Of a DNA stretch of 64,000 nt, positions 56,116 to 64,000 are shown piece by piece. The translations under genes and the position numbers were made by a program. Each line of letters starts with the position of its first letter. Positions within the stretch are counted from its first letter, which is position 1. The notes beneath the pieces are model-generated. The model ran no database searches, was not told the origin of the DNA, and worked only from the letters and a program-made list of their open reading frames with translations. The DNA is from Myxococcota bacterium (GTDB lineage: Bacteria > Myxococcota_A > UBA9042 > PHBI01 > JAWLBL01). The stretch is taken from NCBI GenBank assembly GCA_041687695.1, contig JAWLBL010000010.1, positions 162,676 to 226,675 on the forward strand. The letters are read 5' to 3'.

Positions 56116-56781
56116 TCACCCCTTCGGCGGCCGGCTCTCTTTCTCGGTGATCCCGCTCAGGCCGAACCGGCCCGCCAGCTCGGCCGCCACGTCGCGCCAG
56201 CTCAGGCCTCGCGCCGTCAGCCCGACCATGACGTGGTAGACCAGATCCGCCGCCTCGTGGACGACCTGCGCGTCGCCCTCGCCCTCCAGCGCGTCCACCA
56301 GCTCGCCGGCCTCCTCGCGCACCTTCTCGCCGATCTTGCCGACGCCCCGGTGCAGCAGGCGCGCCGTCCAGCTCTCCGACGGGTCCGCCCCGCGCCGCGC
56401 CTCGATGGTCGCCCCCAGCCGCCCCAGCACCGTCTCGGGGTCCACCAGCGGCTCGCGGTCCGCGCCCTCGACGTCCTGGAAGAAGCAGCTCTCGCGCCCG
56501 GTGTGACAGGCGACCCCGCCCTCCTGCGCGATGCGCAGCAGCACCGCGTCACGGTCGCAGTCCAAGCGCACGTCCAGCACGCGCTGCAGGTGCCCGCTGG
56601 TCTCGCCCTTTTTCCAAAGGCTCTGGCGCGACCGACTGTAGTAGTGCGCGTAGCCGGTCTCCAGCGTCCGCTCCAGCGCCTCGGCGTTCATCCACGCCAG
56701 CATCAGCACGCGCCCGGTCGCCTCGTCCTGCGCCACCGCGGCCACCAGCCCGTCCGGGCCCCACTTCATCTCCGGCGCCAT
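56116..56781 (-). CDS. hisIE: Bifunctional PR-AMP cyclohydrolase / PR-ATP pyrophosphatase
   Basis: [38 protein letters not shown] and [13 protein letters not shown] overlap with hisF. Confidence 0.95.
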   Translation of the reverse strand: MAPEMKWGPDGLVAAVAQDEATGRVLMLAWMNAEALERTLETGYAHYYSRSRQSLWKKGETSGHLQRVLDVRLDCDRDAVLLRIAQEGGVACHTGRESCFFQDVEGADREPLVDPETVLGRLGATIEARRGADPSESWTARLLHRGVGKIGEKVREEAGELVDALEGEGDAQVVHEAADLVYHVMVGLTARGLSWRDVAAELAGRFGLSGITEKESRPPKG

Positions 56782-57596
56782 CAACTCGTCCCCTCGTCCG
56801 CTTCGTCCGTTCCGTCCGACCCGTCCGCCCCCACCGGCGGCCGCACCACGACCCGGCGCGCCCGCAGAAAGGCCCGCGCCTCGTCCAGCGAATGCTGCCG
56901 AAAGTGGAAGATGCTGGCCGCCAGCACCGCGTCGGCCCCTCCCTCCGTCAGCCCTTCGTGCAGGTGCTCGAGGGTCCCGACCCCGCCCGAGGCGACGACC
57001 GGGATCCCGACCGCGTCCGCGACGGCACGCGTCAGCGCGAGGTCGTAGCCCTGCCCCGTCCCGTCGCGGTCCATGCTGGTCAGCAGGATCTCGCCCGCCC
57101 CGCGCCGCTCCACCTCGCGCGCCCAGTCCACCACGTCGCGCCCCGTCGGCGTCCGCCCGCCGTGGATGGTCACCTCGTACCCGGGCCCGTCCGCCCGTCG
57201 CCGCGCGTCGATCGCCACCACGATGGCCTGCGACCCGACCGCCCGCGCCGCGCGGTCGATCAGCTCGGGGTCCTGCACGGCCGCCGTGTTGATGGAGACC
57301 TTGTCGGCCCCGGCGTTCAGCAGCGCCCTCACGTCCGCCACCTCGCGCACGCCGCCGCCCACCGTCAGCGGCAGGAACGTCTGGTCCGCGGTCCGCGCGA
57401 CGACGTCGAGCAGCGTCTTGCGTTTGTCCGAACTGGCCGTGATGTCGAGGAAGCAGATCTCGTCGGCCCCCTCGGCGTCGTAGCGCGCGGCGGCCTCGAC
57501 CGGGTCGCCCGCGTCGCGCAGCCCCACGAAGTTCACGCCCTTGACGACGCGGCCGTCCTTGACGTCCAGACACACGATGATGCGCTTGGCCAACAT
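56781..57596 (-). CDS. hisF: Imidazole glycerol phosphate synthase cyclase subunit
   Basis: [35 protein letters not shown] and LAASIFH. Confidence 0.97.
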   Translation of the reverse strand: MLAKRIIVCLDVKDGRVVKGVNFVGLRDAGDPVEAAARYDAEGADEICFLDITASSDKRKTLLDVVARTADQTFLPLTVGGGVREVADVRALLNAGADKVSINTAAVQDPELIDRAARAVGSQAIVVAIDARRRADGPGYEVTIHGGRTPTGRDVVDWAREVERRGAGEILLTSMDRDGTGQGYDLALTRAVADAVGIPVVASGGVGTLEHLHEGLTEGGADAVLAASIFHFRQHSLDEARAFLRARRVVVRPPVGADGSDGTDEADEGTS

Positions 57597-57624
57597 GCGC
57601 GCTCAGCCTCCGGCGCCCCACGAG

Positions 57625-57788
57625 GAGGCTGTAGTGAATGATGGGGTTTGTCGGATCCGAGCCGAGGTCGGAGCAGATCCGGTTCCGGGAGACCGAGGTG
57701 AACCGGTGGGTTCGCCGCAGCGTCTCCCGGGGCCGGAGATGCCCGAGATCGGCCGGAGCCGGCGAATCAGCTCGTTCACTACAGCCTC
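57625..57788. mobile_element. 164-bp non-autonomous MITE-like palindromic element
   Basis: TIRs GAGGCTGTAGTGAATGA / TCGTTCACTACAGCCTC (16/17), flanked by the direct repeat CGAG (57621-57624 and 57789-57792). The interior is also self-complementary. Confidence 0.75.
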
Positions 57789-57950
57789 CGAGGCGCGTCC
57801 TTGACCTCGCGCGCGACGCTAGCATAGGTTCCCAGCCCCGGTCTTGGCTGCAGCGCAGCACGCTCAACCTGGCCCGCCCGGCCCACCGCCGGCGCGCCCG
57901 CGCCCCACGCGCTCGGCCGCGCCCCTGTCGTCCCCGTCTGGGAGCCCGTC

Positions 57951-59477
57951 GTGGAAGAGATCAACCGCGTGATGCAGGACCGCCTGCGCAAGCTCGAGGC
58001 CCTGCGAGACACGGGCGTCAACCCGTACGCGAACGACTTTCAGCCGTCCACCACCTGCGCCGAGGCGCTCGCCGCCGGCGAGGCCTCCCCGCCCCCGGAC
58101 ATGAACGAGGTCGCCGACGACGCGCCCGGCCTCGCCCTCGCCGGCCGCGTGATGTTCAAGAACGTCATGGGCAAGGCCCTGTTCCTGCGCATCAAGGACC
58201 GCTCGGTCGGCCTGCACCCCGAGAGCGCGCAGACGGTGCAGGTCTACGTCCGCAAGGACCGCGTCGGCGACGAGACCTTCGACCTCGTCAAGGGCCTCGA
58301 CATCGGCGACATCGCCGGCTTCGAGGGGCCGCTCTTCAAGACGCGCACCGGCGAGACGACGCTCCTCGCCCGCTCGGCGCGCCTGCTGACCAAGTCACTC
58401 CGCCCGCTGCCCGACAAGTTCCACGGCCTCGCCGACGTCGAGACCCGCTATCGCCAGCGCTACGTCGACCTGACCATGAACCCCGAGGTGCGCCACGTCT
58501 TTCGGCAGCGCGCCCTCATCGTGCAGCACATCCGCGAGTTCCTGACCCAGCGCGACTACGTCGAGGTCGAGACCCCGCTGATGCAGCCCATCCCGGGCGG
58601 CGCCACCGCCAAGCCCTTCGAGACCTGGCACAACGCCCTGTCGATGCCGCTGTACCTGCGCATCGCGCCCGAGCTGTACTTGAAGCGCTTGCTCGTGGGC
58701 GGGCTCGAGCGCGTCTTCGAGATCGGCCGCAACTTCCGCAACGAGGGGTTGAGCCCCAAGCACAACCCCGAGTTCACGATGATCGAGTTCTACCAGGCCT
58801 ACGCGACCTTCGCGGACCTGGTCGACCTCACCGAGGAGATGCTCGCGACGCTGGCCGAGCGCTTGAACCGGAATGAGGGCAAGGAGGGGGCCGTTCGCCC
58901 GTTCGGTGAGCACCTGGTCGACTACGCGCGCCCCTGGCGGCGCTTCACCGTGCGAGAGGCGTTGACCGCGGTCGCCGACATCCCGGCCGACCAGACCGGC
59001 GACAAGGACGCGCTGGTGGCCGCCCTCGAGGCGCGCGGCGTCGAGGGCGACTGGACGCTGTCCTACGGCCACGTCCTGATGCACGCCTTCGAGCAGCTCG
59101 TCGAGCACCAGCTCATCCAGCCGACCTTCATCACCGACTTCCCCATCGAGATGTCGCCGCTGGCCCGCCCCCGCGAGAGCGACCCCGCGTTCACCGACCG
59201 CTTCGAGCTGTTCATCGCGGGCTCCGAGATCGCCAACGCCTTCTCCGAGCTGAACGACCCCATCGACCAGCGCCAACGCTTCGAGGCGCAGGTCTCGGCG
59301 CGCGACAAGGGCGACGAGGAGGCCATGTTCATGGACCTCGACTACGTCCGCGCCCTCGAATACGGCATGCCCCCCGCCGCCGGCGAGGGCATCGGGATCG
59401 ACCGCCTCGTCATGCTGATGACCAACCAGCAGACCATCCGAGAGGTCATCTTCTTCCCGCACATGCGCCCCGAATAG
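57951..59477 (+). CDS. lysS: Lysine--tRNA ligase (class II)
   Basis: [40 protein letters not shown] and GIGIDRL. Confidence 0.98.
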   Translation: MEEINRVMQDRLRKLEALRDTGVNPYANDFQPSTTCAEALAAGEASPPPDMNEVADDAPGLALAGRVMFKNVMGKALFLRIKDRSVGLHPESAQTVQVYVRKDRVGDETFDLVKGLDIGDIAGFEGPLFKTRTGETTLLARSARLLTKSLRPLPDKFHGLADVETRYRQRYVDLTMNPEVRHVFRQRALIVQHIREFLTQRDYVEVETPLMQPIPGGATAKPFETWHNALSMPLYLRIAPELYLKRLLVGGLERVFEIGRNFRNEGLSPKHNPEFTMIEFYQAYATFADLVDLTEEMLATLAERLNRNEGKEGAVRPFGEHLVDYARPWRRFTVREALTAVADIPADQTGDKDALVAALEARGVEGDWTLSYGHVLMHAFEQLVEHQLIQPTFITDFPIEMSPLARPRESDPAFTDRFELFIAGSEIANAFSELNDPIDQRQRFEAQVSARDKGDEEAMFMDLDYVRALEYGMPPAAGEGIGIDRLVMLMTNQQTIREVIFFPHMRPE

Positions 59478-59505
59478 GGCCCTTCCGCCAGGCCACGGAC
59501 CGCCG

Positions 59506-61333
59506 TTGAACCGCTTCGTCCTCTTCGTCGTCCTGCTCGCGGCCATCATCACGGCCGCCACGGGCGTGCTGTCGCACGCCGACGCGGACACGCGCTACTA
59601 CACCGGTTCGGCCGCGGTCCTGCTGGCGATCGTGGTCCTCGTCGTCCTGGTCTCGGCCCTCTTCGCCTTCGTCTACCTCATGCTGCTGGGCGTCTACGGC
59701 GCCGGCTTCATCCAGAACCGCTTCCCGCTCTTCGTCGGGTGGAACCTGCTGCGCAGCCACCGCGTCAGGCGCACCTTCGGCACCTGGCTGCGCCACCAAT
59801 GGCGCAGCCTGCGGACGGCCCTGCGGCCTCGCCGCGTGGTCACGCTGCTGCTCGGGCTCGGCCTCGTCGGCGCCGGCCTGCTCGTGGGCGACCTCCTCGT
59901 CTGGAACGCCATCTCCGCCGAGCTGAGCCCCGCCTTCGCGCGCACCCTGCAGATCTCGCTCTTCGTCGTCGGCGGCCTCGTCGCGCTCTACAGCCTCCCC
60001 AGCGCCCTCGCCTACCGCCGCCCGTGGCAGACCGCCGATCACACGCGCGCCCGCACCGCCGTCACCCTGCCGACCTTCATCAGCATCATCGGCGTGTCCG
60101 TCGGCGTGTGGGCGCTCATCGTCGTGCTCAGCGTCATGCACGGCTTCGCCAGCGATCTCCGCTCCAAGATCCTCCGCACCAACGCCCACATCGTCATCGA
60201 GCCCAAGGCCGCCTCCGGCATCCTGGGCGAGGCCCTGCTCCTCGAGGACGCCGTCCGCGCGCGCGCCAACGTCGCCGAAGCCCACGCCTTCGCCGAGGGC
60301 GAGGTCATGATGTCCTCGTCGACCAACATCGCCGTGAACGTCGTCGTCAAGGGGCTCGGCGACGACGCCCTGCGCGACAGCGCGCAGCTCGAGGGCTTCG
60401 TCGGCCCCGGCAGCGTCGAGTGGCTCATCCGCCCCGAGGCCCTGGTCAGCGACCGCTATCGCTACCCCATCGGCCCCGGCGGCTTCGATCTCGACCCGTT
60501 CGGCCCGTCGCGCCGCCCCGACGTCCGCGAACGCATCGTCGAGGTGATGCCCGGCATCCTGCTCGGCAGCGAGCTCGCCAGCAGCCTGCACGTCGACGTC
60601 GGCTCCGAGATCCAGGTCATCTCGCCCGACGGCGACGTCGGCCCCACCGGCCTGCGCCCCAAGCTCAAGTCGTTTCGCGTCGCCGGGATCTTCACGACCG
60701 GCATGTACGAGTACGACCAGAAGCTCGCCTACATGACCCTCGACGAGGCCCAGCGCTTCTTCAACCTCGGCCCCGACATGAACCGCCTCGAGGTCCGCCT
60801 GGCCCAGGCCGACCGCACCGCAGAAGTGCTCGCCAGCGTCCGCGCCCTGCTCGGCCGCGACTTCCCCGACCTGCGCGCCACCGAGTGGCAGGAGCGCAAC
60901 CGCAGCCTGTTCTCCGCGCTGCAGCTCGAGCGCATCGCCATGTTCATCGTCCTGGGCTTCATCATCCTGGTCGCGAGCCTGCTCATCGTCAGCTCGCTCG
61001 TGATGATCATCGTCGAAAAGGCCAAGGAGATTGCCGTCTTGAAGGCCCTCGGCGCCTCCAACCGCGCCATCGTCACGACCTTCCTGGTCATCGGCGGCGT
61101 CATCGGCGTCATCGGCACGGTCTCGGGCGTGACGCTGGGCGTGGGCACCTGCCTCATCATCCAGAAGGTCGGCATTCCGCTCCCGAAGGAGTATTACATC
61201 CCGAACATCCCGGTCGAACTCGATCCGCTGGAGGTGACCACGGTGGCTTTGGCCGCCTTCGCGATCTGCCTCCTCGCCACCGTCTACCCCTCGTTCGCAG
61301 CGAGTCGGATGCGCCCCGTCGAAGGATTGCGCC

Positions 61334-61341
<8 letters not shown>
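59506..61341 (+). CDS. lolE: Lipoprotein-releasing ABC permease LolC/E with extra N-terminal TM segments
   Basis: ISIIGVSVGVWALIVVLSVMHGF, GIFTTGMYEYD and EIAVLKALGAS; upstream of lolD. Confidence 0.88.
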
Positions 61342-62106
<765 letters not shown>

Positions 62107-62110
<4 letters not shown>

Positions 62111-64000
62111 ACCGGCTGCGTACACGTCTCGCTGCGTCGCTGCCCGGCCATCCGTCCAAGTTGGCCCGGGTGCTCCTCGGCCTCGCGGTCGCCCTGCTGG
62201 CCGCCGGCCCGCTGACCGCTGGCGACGCGGCGGCCCAGCTGCCCCCCGACGAGACGCTCGAGCCGGCCGAGCCGCCCGTCCCAGACGACGACGTCGACGA
62301 CATCGACGACGCCGACGAGGTGGTGGACCCGGCCGTCTCGCCCATCGTCCGCGGCATCGAGATCCAGGGCCTGCAGCGCGTCGACCGCGCCAGCGTGCGC
62401 AGCAAGGTCTACACGCAGATCGGACGCCCGCTGAACCGCGCCCGCCTCAGCGAGGACTTGAAGCGCGTCTACCGGATGAACTTCTTCGACGACGTGCAGG
62501 CCGCCGTGCGCCCGCACCCCGACGGGGGCGTCGTCCTGGTCTTCCGGGTCGACGAGCGCCCCACCATCGTCGACATCCGCTACCGCATCACCGGCGACGC
62601 CCTCGACCTCGAGGCCATCCAGAAGGTCGTCGACCTGCGCCGCTTCTCGATCCTCGACGAGGCGGGCGTCCGCTTCAACCTCGACAAGATCGAGGAGCTC
62701 TTCGTCGAGGAGGGCCACTTCCTGGTCGAGAGCTCGTACACGCTCACGCCAGCGCCGAACAACGGCGTCATCGTGACGCTCATCGTCGACGAGGGCCGCA
62801 AGGTCGAGGTGCGCGAGGTCAACATCGTCGGCAACCAGGACCTGTCGACCGAAGAGATCAAGGGCGTGATGGCCACCCGCGAGGGCGGCTTCTTCTCGTT
62901 TCTGACCCAGAGCGGCGCCTTCAAGCGCGAGTTCTTCGCGCAGGACATCCAGCGCATCCAGCTCCTGTACCTGACCCGCGGCTACGTTCAGGTCAGCATC
63001 GCCGACCCGGTCGTGACCCTGTCGCCCGCGCGCGACGCGATGAGCATCACCATCCGCGTCCAGGAGGGACCCAAGTACACGGTGAGCGCCGTGGACATGC
63101 GCCTGGTCGAAGAGGGGCAGTGGCTCGTGCCGAAAGAGCGCCTGATGCGGCTGCTCGAGCTGCGCCCGGGCGAGACCTTCAGCTACACCGAGATGCAGGC
63201 CGACATCCAGCGGGTCGGCGACGCCTTCCGCGACAAGGGCTTCGCCAACACCACGGTGACGACCGAGCACAACCTGGACCCCGACGCGCGCACCATCGCG
63301 CTGACCTACAAGATCCAGGTGGGCGAGCCGGTCTACTTCCGGCGCATCATCATCCACGGCAACCGCAACACGCAGGACGAGGTGATCCGCCGCGAGCTGC
63401 GCATCGCCGAGGGCGAGCTGTACAGCGCCTCGGCCCTGCGCCAGTCCCGCCAGCGCGTGGGCGTGCTGGGCTTCTTCGAGACGGTCGAGATCGACCCCAA
63501 GCCCACCGACGAGCCCGACAAGATGGACGTGCAGGTCTTCGTCCGCGAGAAGCAGACGGGCACCTTCCAGGTCGGCGCGGGCTTCTCGAGCCTCGAGTCG
63601 TTCATCCTCACCGCCCAGATCGCCAAGGACAACTTCCTCGGACGCGGCCAGACGCTCTCGGCCCAGCTGACCCTGTCGGGCATCCGGCAGCTCTACAGCA
63701 TCAGCTTCTTCGAGCCCTACTTCCTGGACTCACGCTGGACCTTCGCCTTCGACCTCTTCAACTTCCAGGAAGAGTTCGTCGACTTCTCGCGTCTGCGCAC
63801 CGGCGGCAACCTCTCCTGGGGCTACCGCTTCACCGACGCGCTGTCGCTCAGCCTGACCTACACGCTCGAGAACGTGGACGCGAACCTGCGCCGCGCCGAG
63901 ATCCCCATCGCCTCCCTGCGGCAGTCGGGCCTGACCAGCTCGGGCCGCCTCACGCTGTCGTACGACACGCGCAACAACCGCCTGTTCCCCAGCGACGGCC
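62107..64000 (+). CDS. bamA: Outer membrane protein assembly factor BamA (runs off the window end; absent from the ORF track)
   Basis: Frame 1 from TTG 62107 (or 62161): signal peptide; POTRA motifs IEIQGLQRV...FFDDV...VDERP and GNRNTQDEVIRREL, LGFFETV; barrel start EKQTGTFQVGAGFSS, NFLGRGQ, YDTRNN. Confidence 0.93.

Overview
This is a very GC-rich (about 70%+ by eye), densely coding bacterial chromosome segment. Its gene content points to Myxococcota/Deltaproteobacteria: Cys-rich and thrombospondin type 3 (TSP3) repeat lipoproteins, an OmpA-TSP3 protein, a PxxKW protein and lysS-lolE-lolD-bamA synteny. It appears to span the replication terminus. A 28-bp dif-like XerCD site lies at 23902-23929, and GGGNAGGG (KOPS-like) octamers point toward it from both sides. 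Housekeeping genes include argS, tgt, mutS2, dnaK, lysS, hisF/hisIE, hutI/hutH, lolE/D, bamA and a thiolase-hbd-crt-acyl-CoA dehydrogenase operon. Less ordinary items are: a TraAB-like Cys-rich/OmpA gene pair; a ~1850-aa lipoprotein with ~32 TSP3 repeats; a sigma54-driven lipoprotein with a possible caspase/gingipain-like dyad; a HEAT/VWA/11x beta-repeat exported trio; a LeuB-thiolase-LeuA-like cluster; a compound microsatellite beside dif; and a 164-bp palindromic MITE with a 4-bp target duplication. I saw no rRNA, tRNA, CRISPR array, transposase or prophage. All calls come from reading motifs by eye; no database search was run.
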